Below are positions 50,790-61,153 of a DNA stretch of 64,000 nt, one piece after another. A model generated the notes under the pieces. The model made no database searches, was not told where the DNA came from, and was given only the letters and a program-made list of their open reading frames with translations. A program made the translations under genes and the position numbers. Within the stretch, counting starts at the first letter, position 1. The number at the start of each line of letters is the position of its first letter. The DNA is taken from NCBI GenBank assembly GCA_051531975.1, contig JAOPTT010000010.1, positions 96,001-160,000 of the forward strand. The letters run 5' to 3'. The DNA comes from Spirochaetaceae bacterium. Its GTDB lineage: Bacteria; Spirochaetota; Spirochaetia; DSM-2461.

Positions 50790-51965
50790 ATGAATATAAA
50801 AAATGATAATAAGTTCTCTATATATTTTTTCACATTTACAACAAGTATGTTATGGTTTTCTCTATACGCCTATGTTGCAGAACTATCTACTTATGCAAGT
50901 ACTCTAGGTGCAAGTTATAGGTTAATAGGAGTAATAACAGGATCCTATGGTTTAACACAACTAATTTTAAGAATTCCCCTTGGGATATTTTCAGATCTAA
51001 TTAGTAAAAGAAAGATATTTATTATCTTAGGTTTAGGAATAAGTATTTTAAGTTCATTAATTACATTTATATATCCATCCACATTTTCTTTATTAATAAC
51101 AAGATCATTAGCTGGAGTATCAGCATCAACCTGGGTACTTTTTACAGTAATGTTTGCAAGTTATTTTAAGAAAGAGGAAGCTACCAAGGCCATAGGTCTA
51201 ATGAACTCATATAATGCAATTGGACAACTATCTGCAATGGCAATTGGTGGTTTCATATCCTATAAATTTGGAACAAGATACCTATTTTTATTAGCTGCTA
51301 TAGGTGCATTTATAGGGCTGATAACAAGTCTATTTATTCATGAAGCAAAAGCTGCTATCAAAAAAATGCATTTTAGAGATTTTATTAAAGTCGCTAAAAA
51401 CAGGCAACTACAAGTAGTTTCTATATTAGGAATTCTATCCCAGTTAATAACATTTGCTACAGCATTTGGTTTTGTTCCTATACTTGCAAAAAAACTTGGT
51501 GCACAAAACTTTCAGTTAAGTATTTTAGCAGCATTGGCTATTTTACCTGCTATATTTATTTCAAGACTTGCAGGTTCATTTTTCCCTGATCATATAGGAC
51601 GAAAAAATACTATAAACATTGGTTTTATTTTAAGTGCCCTACTCTGTATTGTAATGCCGTTTATAAATAACTTACCCCTGTTATATTTAGCCCAGGTATT
51701 GGGAGGAGTTGGCCGAAGTATGGTCTTTCCACTTCTAATGGGTTTAGGTATAGAACAGATTGATAGCTCTAAACGTGCAACAGCTATGGGGTTTTTCCAA
51801 GCAGTTTATGGTATAGGAATGGTTTTTGGTCCAATATTATTAGGATTTATTGCCCAATCCTATGGTCTAATAATAGGTTTTCTAGTTACAGGACTAATTG
51901 GTTTAACTGGACTAATAATAACCTTAATATTTATAAAAGATAAAAATCCAAATTTTAATTCCTAA
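50790..51965 (+). CDS. MFS transporter
   Basis: GSYGLTQLILRIPLGIFSD and RATAMGFFQAVYGIGM. Confidence 0.9.
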   Translation: MNIKNDNKFSIYFFTFTTSMLWFSLYAYVAELSTYASTLGASYRLIGVITGSYGLTQLILRIPLGIFSDLISKRKIFIILGLGISILSSLITFIYPSTFSLLITRSLAGVSASTWVLFTVMFASYFKKEEATKAIGLMNSYNAIGQLSAMAIGGFISYKFGTRYLFLLAAIGAFIGLITSLFIHEAKAAIKKMHFRDFIKVAKNRQLQVVSILGILSQLITFATAFGFVPILAKKLGAQNFQLSILAALAILPAIFISRLAGSFFPDHIGRKNTINIGFILSALLCIVMPFINNLPLLYLAQVLGGVGRSMVFPLLMGLGIEQIDSSKRATAMGFFQAVYGIGMVFGPILLGFIAQSYGLIIGFLVTGLIGLTGLIITLIFIKDKNPNFNS

Positions 51966-52012
51966 ATTGATACTTGGTTTTAAAATAGCAGTTATAGTGT
52001 TAAACTAAAATT

Positions 52013-52261
52013 ATGGAAGATGATGAAATCAGAGCAGAAGAGATATTAATGCTAGTTCTTGATGCTAAAAAATCAATGTTAAACAAACACCTAAAACCAA
52101 CAAAAGTTATTATGCATTCAAAATTTTATAAAAAACTTAAAATGTATAGGGCAACTTTAGGAGACTATCCAGAAGGTATGGAAGATTACCTAACAACGGA
52201 TAGTATGTTTGGTTTAGATATATGTTTAGACAATAGTTATGGTATTCAGGTAACAGTGTGA
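52013..52261 (+). CDS. Hypothetical protein
   Basis: 82-aa ORF filling the intergenic gap with plausible composition. Confidence 0.6.
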   Translation: MEDDEIRAEEILMLVLDAKKSMLNKHLKPTKVIMHSKFYKKLKMYRATLGDYPEGMEDYLTTDSMFGLDICLDNSYGIQVTV

Positions 52262-52302
52262 CTCCTTGTTAATTTTGCCTTAACTCTATATAATAACTCC
52301 TT

Positions 52303-53985
52303 ATGGACTTAAGTGAATTTAAACCTCTAATAGTACAGGGAGACTCATCTCTCCTGCTAGATGTACATAACCCTGATTTTGAAGCAGCTAGGGGAGATAT
52401 AGCACCATTTGCAGAACTGGAGAAGTCTCCAGAGCATATGCATACATATAAAATAACACCTCTTTCTCTGTGGAATGCAGCCTCGGCGGGTATTTCACAT
52501 ACTGAAATATCATTAATCCTAGATAACTACTCAAGATTTCCAGTACCAGATAATGTAAAATTTATTGTACGGGATATTATTAGTAGATATGGAAAAATTA
52601 ATTTAGATAAAACAGAAGAAGATTTGATACTTAAACTTACAGTAGAAGATGAAATAACATACATGGAATTTAGTGCCCAAAAATCATTAAAAACAATTTT
52701 AATGCCAATGGGTAACAAAACATTTCATCTTAAACTATTAGATAGAGGTACTGTTAAACAGGAACTACTAAAACTAGGATACCCTGTAAAAGATTTGGCA
52801 CCTTTAAAAGATGGAGAGCCATATAACTTCAAGTTCAGAGATGAAACTCTATCCGGTAGAACTTTTGGTATAAGAGATTATCAAAAAGAAGCTTGTGATG
52901 CATTTGTTGGTAATAATAAACCAGGAACAGGTTTTGGAACATTAGTACTACCCTGTGGTGCTGGTAAAACAATTGTTGGTATGACTGTTATGGAAAAACT
53001 CCAAACAAATACACTAATATTAACTACAAATGTAGCAGCAGTTCACCAATGGATTGATGAAATCGCAGATAAAACAGATATCCCCAAGGAAGAGATTGGT
53101 GAATATACTGGAGATAGAAAAGTAATTAAACCAATTACAGTTGCAACATACCAAATATTAGTTTGGAGAAAAAACAAAGAAAGTGATTTCCCCCACTTTG
53201 ATATATTTAGAACTGGAAATTGGGGATTAATAGTATACGATGAAGTACACCTACTTCCAGCGCCAGTATTTAAGGTAACTGCTGAAATTCAAGCAGTGAG
53301 AAGAGTTGGATTAACAGCTACACTAATACGTGAAGATGGAGCCGAAGGAGATGTTTTTACTCTTGTTGGTCCTAAAAGATACGATGTACCCTGGAAACAG
53401 CTAGAAGAAAAAGGTTGGATAGCTACAGCATATTGCCACGAAATTAGAGTAGATTTATACGAAGACTTAAAAATTAAATATGCAGTTGCAGATAAAAGAG
53501 CAAAGTTTAGAATTGCAAGTGAAAACCCATGGAAAGTTTCAATAATTAAAAAACTTCTAATACAACACAAGGATGACCAAACATTAGTTATTGGCCAGTA
53601 TGTTGACCAGTTAGTAGAGATTGCGAAAATAATTAATGCTCCACTAATTACTGGAAAAACTCCTAACCCAGAACGAGAAGTTATATTTGATAAGTTCAAA
53701 CGAGGTGAAGTTAAAGTTATTGTTGTTTCTAAAGTAGCTAACTTCGCCATAAATCTACCTGACGCATCTGTTGCTATACAGGTATCAGGAACTTTTGGTT
53801 CTAGACAGGAAGAAGCCCAAAGATTAGGTCGTATATTACGACCTAAACAGAGAGATTCTAATTTTTATTCTGTGGTAACTAGACATACAACAGAAGAAAC
53901 ATTTGCAGCGAATAGACAAAAATTTTTAACAGAGCAAGGTTATAAATACAATATTGAAATATGGAATACAAAGGATCTTATGTAA
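52303..53985 (+). CDS. XPB/Rad25-like SF2 DNA helicase
   Basis: PLIVQGD...FAELEKSPEHMHTY N-domain, LPCGAGKT, DEVH, GLTATLIRED and GSRQEEAQRLGRILRP. Confidence 0.95.
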   Translation: MDLSEFKPLIVQGDSSLLLDVHNPDFEAARGDIAPFAELEKSPEHMHTYKITPLSLWNAASAGISHTEISLILDNYSRFPVPDNVKFIVRDIISRYGKINLDKTEEDLILKLTVEDEITYMEFSAQKSLKTILMPMGNKTFHLKLLDRGTVKQELLKLGYPVKDLAPLKDGEPYNFKFRDETLSGRTFGIRDYQKEACDAFVGNNKPGTGFGTLVLPCGAGKTIVGMTVMEKLQTNTLILTTNVAAVHQWIDEIADKTDIPKEEIGEYTGDRKVIKPITVATYQILVWRKNKESDFPHFDIFRTGNWGLIVYDEVHLLPAPVFKVTAEIQAVRRVGLTATLIREDGAEGDVFTLVGPKRYDVPWKQLEEKGWIATAYCHEIRVDLYEDLKIKYAVADKRAKFRIASENPWKVSIIKKLLIQHKDDQTLVIGQYVDQLVEIAKIINAPLITGKTPNPEREVIFDKFKRGEVKVIVVSKVANFAINLPDASVAIQVSGTFGSRQEEAQRLGRILRPKQRDSNFYSVVTRHTTEETFAANRQKFLTEQGYKYNIEIWNTKDLM

Positions 53986-55946
53986 TGGATAACTCAGAAC
54001 AATGGAAACATATAATGTTAACCCTACCGGATAACTACTTTTTTGAATTAATGAAGAATTATTTAGGTCGGATAGAGACCCCTTTTAACAAACATGATCT
54101 TGTTAATAACCTCTCTAGTTTTCTTGTAAAAAACAATGCAGAAGAGAAGATTCTAAAAAACTTAGATGAAAAAGAGATTCTTCTATTAACATCTGTAGAA
54201 TTTATAGAAAACCCTACTGCAAAATCTATTTATGAGTTCTTTTTAGGAGATATTCCATTTATAGAAATGTGTGATATTTTAAAAACTCTAGAAGAAAAAC
54301 TAATAATATATAGTGAAAAAAGTATAATATTTATTTCACCTCTTTTTGGAAAAGAAGTAAGAAGTAAAATAGTAAATCCAGGATTATTATATAAAAGTGA
54401 AGAGATTCAACCAACACCTGGTAAAATGTTGTGGTTATCAGACTCCCTTATACTTAGTTTTTTATCTTTTTTAATACACCAAAAAGATCTTTTAAAATCT
54501 AGTGGAGCTTTTAAAAAGAGAGCATATAACCAGATAGAGGAACTATTTCCAACTCTTTTTCTAGAAGAAGAAGGGAAAAGACGATTAGAGCTAGTTAGAC
54601 GAGTTATACATAATTTAAACCTTGTGAGAATTGATGGTACATCATTAATTCCCCAAGAAGAGATTTGGAAAGAGTTAATCGAGTTACCTAAAAAGAAATC
54701 TTGGTTATATATGATTGCAGCTGGTACAACAGAAAGTTCCCATGATCTTGGAGATCGTGTTGCTACAGTAAAAAGAATAATAGATACAATACCTACAACT
54801 AGAAGTTTTTACCCAGATAATCTTAAAAAATTAATTAAGGCGTTAAGTTCAGATACTCATTTAACAAATAACTGTTCAGTTACAGAATTAATAGACGATT
54901 TAGTAACTCTTAATGTGCTTGAAACATTAGAAAATGGTACTATTACTAAAAACCCTCTACTTGATTTAGATAACCTTAATCATGATTATGGTGACAAAAA
55001 AACTATAATTTTACAGCCTAATTTTGATATAACATATAAGCCATGGATTAATCTAAAAGATGGTTATTTAATTGCTATTTTTTGTAACTTAAAAAAAATG
55101 GATATCTATACTGAATTAGCATTAACAAAAGAGAGCTTTATTAGGGGTTTAACGCTAGATAGCCTAGAAAATTTTGTTGATATAATAACTCAGATCACAG
55201 GAGTTCCAGTTCCAGATAATATACTGTTAACTTTAAAAGAGTGGGAAAAGGAATCAACAAAAGCTACACACTATGAAGCTTCTGTTCTATTACTAGATAA
55301 AGACAAAGAGTTTATATTAAAAGAGACTGGTGTTATAGATCACTTAATATTGTTAAATCCTGCTGACGGAGTATATTTAATTAAACAGGAGAATTATAAA
55401 CATGCTAAACAACTTTTAGAAAGTGTTGATATTGTGCCTGTAGATAAAAACCACTCTGTACCGTTAGAACAAGTATCACTACCTACTTATTACAGTAATT
55501 TACCTTTGACAATTAACTGGGAAGTAAAAGAGATTGATAAAAAGGATTCTACTACAAAATCAAGTTTAGAAAGTTTTATTAGGGATATATCAGCATCTGC
55601 TGAAGAGAAAGATGATCTTAGAAAGAGAGTATCTAGGGGAATTATATTTACTAAAGAGCAGATAAAACCTGGTATAAGTAAAACTGATTTCTCTGAAGCT
55701 AAAGGTATAAATTATCAGGCAAAATTAAGACTTATTGAAGTTAGTTTAAAATCATCTAACGATAGACTAGAGATAAATTTTGTTGAAGACTTCCAGATAA
55801 AAAAGGAATTAATATTACCAGAAAAGATAGAGAAAGATGGTGATTTAAGAATTCTTGTTGGGCAAAAGTTACCACAAGAAGAGGAATTTTCAATCGATAT
55901 AAGTAAAATTAGTCTTGTTAAAAGAATACAAACAACTCTATTTTAG
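53985..55946 (+). CDS. XPB partner: helicase-associated domain protein with WYL-like C-terminus
   Basis: TAATG-coupled to XPB. ILQPNFDI...LTKESFIRG...VPDNILLTLKEW helicase-associated pattern. C-terminal FSIDISKI. Confidence 0.65.
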   Translation: MDNSEQWKHIMLTLPDNYFFELMKNYLGRIETPFNKHDLVNNLSSFLVKNNAEEKILKNLDEKEILLLTSVEFIENPTAKSIYEFFLGDIPFIEMCDILKTLEEKLIIYSEKSIIFISPLFGKEVRSKIVNPGLLYKSEEIQPTPGKMLWLSDSLILSFLSFLIHQKDLLKSSGAFKKRAYNQIEELFPTLFLEEEGKRRLELVRRVIHNLNLVRIDGTSLIPQEEIWKELIELPKKKSWLYMIAAGTTESSHDLGDRVATVKRIIDTIPTTRSFYPDNLKKLIKALSSDTHLTNNCSVTELIDDLVTLNVLETLENGTITKNPLLDLDNLNHDYGDKKTIILQPNFDITYKPWINLKDGYLIAIFCNLKKMDIYTELALTKESFIRGLTLDSLENFVDIITQITGVPVPDNILLTLKEWEKESTKATHYEASVLLLDKDKEFILKETGVIDHLILLNPADGVYLIKQENYKHAKQLLESVDIVPVDKNHSVPLEQVSLPTYYSNLPLTINWEVKEIDKKDSTTKSSLESFIRDISASAEEKDDLRKRVSRGIIFTKEQIKPGISKTDFSEAKGINYQAKLRLIEVSLKSSNDRLEINFVEDFQIKKELILPEKIEKDGDLRILVGQKLPQEEEFSIDISKISLVKRIQTTLF

Positions 55947-57388
55947 TCTATAGGGTAGTCTAAACCAGTAAACAGTTTATACTGCCTGTAGCCTTGTTCT
56001 TTTAACATATCCATTCCATTTAAAATATTACACCCAGCTTGTTTACCTCGGTCTAAAAACTTAGTAACTGCTGGTGTGTATATAATATCATATAGAAACT
56101 CTGTTCCATTAAAGTTATAAAATTCTAATGGATCAATCTCTTCTAATGGGTGCATACCGGCATTTGTTGTCTGAATAATAATATCACTACTTTTTTTTAT
56201 TAAATGTACAGAGCTTGAATTAAGTGGAGCATAGGATGAGGAGAACTGCCCAGCTAAATCTGCAGCTTTCTCTAAAGTCCGATTAACAACTAAGACTTCA
56301 ACATTCTCTTCTTTTAATGCATATAAAGCAGCTTTTGTAGAGCCTCCAGCACCAATTATAGTGGCTTTTTTACCAGCTAATGTTCCAACAGCTTCTAATA
56401 ATGGATTAATAAAACCAATATAATCTGTATTTTCCCCAATCCAACTTTCACCTATTTTAGTGACTGTATTACATGCACCAATCATTTTTACACTATCAGT
56501 AAAACTTGTAACAAGGGGGATTATATCAGTCTTAAATGGCACAGTTACCGAAAATCCATCAATATTTAACAGATTCGCTATTTTTAAAAATGATTCTAAA
56601 TCATCTGTTTCAAATGGAACATATACAGAATTTAGTCCTTGTTTTTTATAACCATCATTGTGGATAACTGGGGATTTTGTATGCATAACTGGATTACCAA
56701 TTATACCCATAATTTTAGTCTCAAAATTAATCTCTTTAAATCTATAAACATTGTTTAATACTTCTGGACTGGCATGACCAGGGGCAGCAGAACTGCCCTC
56801 TTTAGAACAAAAAGTTAATATGGATCCAAATTTACCAGCAAGAATCCTAGTATTAAAACCAACGTTGCCCATACCAAGTAGAATCTTATCTTCTGATTTA
56901 ATGGATAAAGCTTGTGTATAAAATTCAAGCAGATCTTTTGTTGTATTAATCATCACCGCAGCTTTTGGAATTTCATCTGGTGATTTTTTACACCCAGTTA
57001 ACCTTTTAGCTAAGTTTTTAGGAACTCCATTAAAGTCATGAAATGAACGAATAATTTTAACAGAATTTTCCCCAGCTATCTCTTCAAGATGAGGGGCATC
57101 TAAATCCTCTTCTAAATCAACATAAGAGAAGACACCACTTTTTATTCCCATATTTAAAATCTGAATTCTATAATTTTCATCACCATCAAATAGACCACCA
57201 TCACATGTTTTTCTAAATGTTAAAATAACAGGGATGTCTTGTCTAAACTCTCCAAGCATTAACTGGTCAGAAACATCAAGATAATCGACTCGTAATTCTA
57301 TAAGGTCTATTGGTTCAGTTATCCCTTTTAGTACGTTATAACAGTCATCTAGTCTTCTCTCAGTTAACGTTAAACATAGCTTACTCAT
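55943..57388 (-). CDS. aroE: Bifunctional type I 3-dehydroquinate dehydratase / shikimate dehydrogenase
   Basis: IELRVD, RSFHDF and AAPGH (AroD). GNPVMHTKSP, SVTVPFK, GACNT, NTDYIG, GAGG and DIIYTP (AroE). Confidence 0.93.
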   Translation of the reverse strand: MSKLCLTLTERRLDDCYNVLKGITEPIDLIELRVDYLDVSDQLMLGEFRQDIPVILTFRKTCDGGLFDGDENYRIQILNMGIKSGVFSYVDLEEDLDAPHLEEIAGENSVKIIRSFHDFNGVPKNLAKRLTGCKKSPDEIPKAAVMINTTKDLLEFYTQALSIKSEDKILLGMGNVGFNTRILAGKFGSILTFCSKEGSSAAPGHASPEVLNNVYRFKEINFETKIMGIIGNPVMHTKSPVIHNDGYKKQGLNSVYVPFETDDLESFLKIANLLNIDGFSVTVPFKTDIIPLVTSFTDSVKMIGACNTVTKIGESWIGENTDYIGFINPLLEAVGTLAGKKATIIGAGGSTKAALYALKEENVEVLVVNRTLEKAADLAGQFSSSYAPLNSSSVHLIKKSSDIIIQTTNAGMHPLEEIDPLEFYNFNGTEFLYDIIYTPAVTKFLDRGKQAGCNILNGMDMLKEQGYRQYKLFTGLDYPID

Positions 57389-57819
57389 TAATAGTCTCCT
57401 CTATACAGATAAATATCATCCAATATATCATTAGAAAAATATAACCTTAAATAACGATGAAATCCCTGATCAGGAAGTTTATATATTATTGAATTTTCAA
57501 TAACCTTAATTGGTTCTCCTAATGTTTCAATAACCTGTTTTTTAGTATTACCAATTTCGATATCACCAATAGGTTCACTATATTTATTATCGACCCTTAC
57601 CTGCCACACTCTGTTATTATTAAAATATAGATATATTCTATTCTTATAAAAGAATACAACATCATCCTCTTTTGGAGTCTCACCTCTCTCTGTATAACAA
57701 AACTCTGGAGAACCAAGGATATTTATAGCAATTTCTGGAGTAATTCCTAAATGATCCTCAATAGAATAGATATTTGTAATGTTATATATAAACAGTAGTA
57801 ATATAGTTAATTTTCTCAT
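57388..57819 (-). CDS. Hypothetical exported protein
   Basis: Signal-like N-terminus. Coupled to aroDE. Confidence 0.65.
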   Translation of the reverse strand: MRKLTILLLFIYNITNIYSIEDHLGITPEIAINILGSPEFCYTERGETPKEDDVVFFYKNRIYLYFNNNRVWQVRVDNKYSEPIGDIEIGNTKKQVIETLGEPIKVIENSIIYKLPDQGFHRYLRLYFSNDILDDIYLYRGDY

Positions 57820-57828
57820 GACTTTAGA

Positions 57829-58602
57829 TTATACATTTTCTAGAAACTGGTCAAACTCTCTTATGTTTTTAATATTAATTGCATTGTATTTTGCTATACC
57901 TTTAAAGCCGATACCATATGCAATAGGTTTTTGCTCTTTAAATGCAAATTTAATAGAGTGTTCACTTCCACCACCGGCTTGTGATTCAATAACAAAAAGT
58001 CCATTTGAAAGACCTGTTATAATTCTATTTCTATTTATACATCTAAACTTTTTTATACATGTATATGGAGGATACTCAGATAAGATGAGACCATTATCTA
58101 ATACCCAGGGAGCTATATTTTCATTATAACCCATGGGAATTACGGCAATAGTTTTACCAAACAATTCAACTGTGGTTTTATGGGCTAAAGAATCACAACC
58201 ATTTGCCAAACCACTAACAATTATCCAACTGTTTTTAACCGCCCTGGTTACAATTCTCTTGCCAATATTACAACCTCTAGCACAAGGGGTTCTAGTACCA
58301 ACTACAGCAAGTAGTTTTTTGCTATTTAATAAGTTTTGCTCACCTTTAATATAAAAGAGAAGTGGCGAATCTATTATATTAGAAAATTCACAGGGTATAA
58401 TCTTCATACCTAATTTAAAGCAGTTCTCTTTTATCCTTTTTACTTCATCCATATACGAACAATAACTGTTTCCAGTCTCTTTTTTTATGAGATAATAAAA
58501 AAAATCAGTATCAGACATAAAGTTTCTGTTATCAAATATAAATTTTTTAATACGAACTAAGCCAAAGCCTGGTATAGCCTGCAGTAGTAATATTTTATCC
58601 AT
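57829..58602 (-). CDS. dprA: DNA processing protein DprA (short form)
   Basis: AVVGTR, IVSGLANGCDSLAH, LSEYPP and RNRIITGLS. Confidence 0.9.
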   Translation of the reverse strand: MDKILLLQAIPGFGLVRIKKFIFDNRNFMSDTDFFYYLIKKETGNSYCSYMDEVKRIKENCFKLGMKIIPCEFSNIIDSPLLFYIKGEQNLLNSKKLLAVVGTRTPCARGCNIGKRIVTRAVKNSWIIVSGLANGCDSLAHKTTVELFGKTIAVIPMGYNENIAPWVLDNGLILSEYPPYTCIKKFRCINRNRIITGLSNGLFVIESQAGGGSEHSIKFAFKEQKPIAYGIGFKGIAKYNAINIKNIREFDQFLENV

Positions 58603-58640
58603 ATCTATTATATAACTAAAAAAAATGGTAAAATTTGATT

Positions 58641-59273
58641 ATGTTTAATTTAAATACAGACTTATTAGTAATTGATTTAGAAGCCACAGCTGGTGTAGAT
58701 GAAAATGGAAATCAGACAAATAATTATATTATAGACTTAGGTGCAGTTCTGCTAAATAGAGATCTGGAAATTGTATCTACATTTGAGTCATTGGTTAAAC
58801 CAGAAGAAGAAATTTCTGAATTTATAACTAAATTAACCCATATAGATAACAGTATGGTCAAAAATGAGGATCTTTTTCCCCTAGTATCAGAAAAGTTTTA
58901 TGCGTGGTTAATTGATAATTTAGAAGGTAGAAGCATTAAAAAAGTACGATTATGTGCTTGGGGTACTTATTTTGATATCCCACTACTAAGAAAAATATAT
59001 AGTAAATACAATCTAAATTTTCCTTTTTCTGGAACAGCATTTGACATAAAAACCATGGCTTTAATGTGGCATAGTCTAAGTGGTAGAAAGACAGATAAAT
59101 TACAAGTTTCCACAGTTGCAAAAGAGATGAAAATAAAAGCTGAGGGACAATATCACAGAGCTATTACAGATGCTATTGTAGAAGCAAAAATATTACAAAG
59201 AGTTTGGGCTGACCTCCAGGGAATATTTATAGATGGGAAAAAAGGTGTAGAACATTTTAACCTCACAATATAA
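58641..59273 (+). CDS. DEDDh 3'-5' exonuclease
   Basis: IDLEAT, LTHI, WGTYFD and HRAITDA. Confidence 0.88.
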   Translation: MFNLNTDLLVIDLEATAGVDENGNQTNNYIIDLGAVLLNRDLEIVSTFESLVKPEEEISEFITKLTHIDNSMVKNEDLFPLVSEKFYAWLIDNLEGRSIKKVRLCAWGTYFDIPLLRKIYSKYNLNFPFSGTAFDIKTMALMWHSLSGRKTDKLQVSTVAKEMKIKAEGQYHRAITDAIVEAKILQRVWADLQGIFIDGKKGVEHFNLTI

Positions 59274-59287
59274 CTTATAAAATAAAA

Positions 59288-59307
59288 AACCGCCTAAATA
59301 GGCGGTT
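59288..59307 (-). terminator. Intrinsic terminator between convergent genes
   Basis: Inverted repeat AACCGCCTA-aa-TAGGCGGTT, with a U-rich tail on the minus strand. Confidence 0.8.
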
Positions 59308-59330
59308 ATATAATTATGTTTTAATCTAGT

Positions 59331-59816
59331 TTATAATCCAATTCTTGTTTTAAGACCCATTGTTAATAACCCACCCTCAGCAACATCAGCTTCAGTTGTT
59401 GTTGCACCAGCAGCAATAGTTGATCCATTAGATGCATACCAATTTAGATAAATACCTAAAGAAGTAAAAAAACCTTTCTTTTTAGTAAAGAAGTCATAAC
59501 CTAGCCCTGCACCAAAACCTAATAAATCCCCAACTTGACCTGTGTACATAGTTATTGTTGTATCTTTAACAGGAGTATAAGATATATTTACAGTATTAAT
59601 AGAGATATCCCCAACTTTCGTAAATGTAAATCCCCCACCAATTGTTTCGTTAAATGAGTATGAAAACCCAACTAAACTAGAACCTGCAATCTCACCATCA
59701 CCAACTTCTAAAGAAGCTCCTGATCCAATTTCAAAAGCAAAATAATCTGGTACCTCAGCAAAACTACTAATGATTGCAATCGTTACTACAATTAATGATA
59801 ATACTAGTTTTTTCAT
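59331..59816 (-). CDS. Small exported protein, probable outer-membrane beta-barrel
   Basis: Signal peptide, alternating Gly/aromatic beta-strands and C-terminal GLKTRIGL. AGGAG RBS. Confidence 0.6.
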   Translation of the reverse strand: MKKLVLSLIVVTIAIISSFAEVPDYFAFEIGSGASLEVGDGEIAGSSLVGFSYSFNETIGGGFTFTKVGDISINTVNISYTPVKDTTITMYTGQVGDLLGFGAGLGYDFFTKKKGFFTSLGIYLNWYASNGSTIAAGATTTEADVAEGGLLTMGLKTRIGL

Positions 59817-59883
59817 TTTTAAAATCTCCTAGGTATTTTTTGTATTCTAATTAAGTGCCTAAATAAATTCAAGTAGAAAATAA

Positions 59884-61077
59884 TTACATATTTTTTATTA
59901 TTAGCTGGGCATACTCTTTAGTTCCTAAAGTTACAGGGGATCCACTCATCATAGAAGCTAAATCTCCAGTTACATTTTTAGATTTTATAGTTTTACTAAC
60001 ACCACTTTCTAATAGATCTGCAACTTCTTGCCATCCCATATACTCAAACATCATTTTACCAGATAAAATTACAGAAGATGGATTTGCCATATTTTTACCT
60101 GCAATATCAGGTGCAGTTCCATGGGTAGCCTCAAATATAGCAACACCTGTGTGATAATTAATATTTGCACCAGGAGAAATACCAATACCACCAACTTGAG
60201 CAGCTAAAGCATCTGAACAATAATCACCATTTAGGTTAAGAGTTGCAACAACATCGTAAGCTTCAGGTTTTAAAAGAATATTTTGTAAAAAAGCATCTGC
60301 AATACAGTCGTTAATTAATATTTTATCAGTTTCTGTAGGATCTTTAGTTACTTGGTCTGCATACTCTCTTAATGCTACCTCATAACCCCATGTCATAAAA
60401 GCACCTTCTGTAAACTTCATGATATTACCTTTATGAACAAGAGTAACAACTTTTCTGTCATTTTTAATAGCATAATCAACAGCAGCTAATACAAGTCTCT
60501 CTGTAGACTCTTTACTCATTGGTTTAAGTCCTAAACCAGTTTCACCTTTTATATTCCAGCCCATCTCTTTTTTTAAGAAAGCTTTTAACTTATCTACTCT
60601 AGGATCATCTGCTGCAACTTCAAAACCAGCATATACATCCTCTGTATTCTCTCTGTAAACAACAATGTCAACTTTTTCTGGCGCTTTTACTGGAGTTTCG
60701 ATACCTGTGTAATATGATATAGGTCGTTGACATACAAATAGATCTAAATTCTGTCTTAAAGTTACATTTAAACTTCTTATTCCACCGCCAACAGGTGTCA
60801 TTAAAGGACCTTTTATACCAATTAAATAATCTCTAAATGAATCCTCAGTCTCCTGGGGTAACCATTCACCGGTTTTTTCAAAAGCTTTTCCACCAGCAAA
60901 AACTTCTAACCAATTAACTTTTTTATTACCACTGTATGCTTTTTCTATTGCAGCATCAAAAACACCCTGTGCCGCCTGCCATATATCTGCTCCAATTCCA
61001 TCACCTTCTATAAAAGGAATTGTAGGATTATCAGGAACAACTAACTTCCCATCGATCATTTTAACTATGTTATTCAT
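59884..61077 (-). CDS. icd: NADP-dependent isocitrate dehydrogenase
   Basis: [52 protein letters not shown] and EATHGTAP. Confidence 0.97.
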   Translation of the reverse strand: MNNIVKMIDGKLVVPDNPTIPFIEGDGIGADIWQAAQGVFDAAIEKAYSGNKKVNWLEVFAGGKAFEKTGEWLPQETEDSFRDYLIGIKGPLMTPVGGGIRSLNVTLRQNLDLFVCQRPISYYTGIETPVKAPEKVDIVVYRENTEDVYAGFEVAADDPRVDKLKAFLKKEMGWNIKGETGLGLKPMSKESTERLVLAAVDYAIKNDRKVVTLVHKGNIMKFTEGAFMTWGYEVALREYADQVTKDPTETDKILINDCIADAFLQNILLKPEAYDVVATLNLNGDYCSDALAAQVGGIGISPGANINYHTGVAIFEATHGTAPDIAGKNMANPSSVILSGKMMFEYMGWQEVADLLESGVSKTIKSKNVTGDLASMMSGSPVTLGTKEYAQLIIKNM

Positions 61078-61153
61078 ATAAACTCCTTACCTGAATATTA
61101 CTAAATTAGAACAAACTTGCAAAGAGCTATATCACTATGATAGAATCAGCCAT

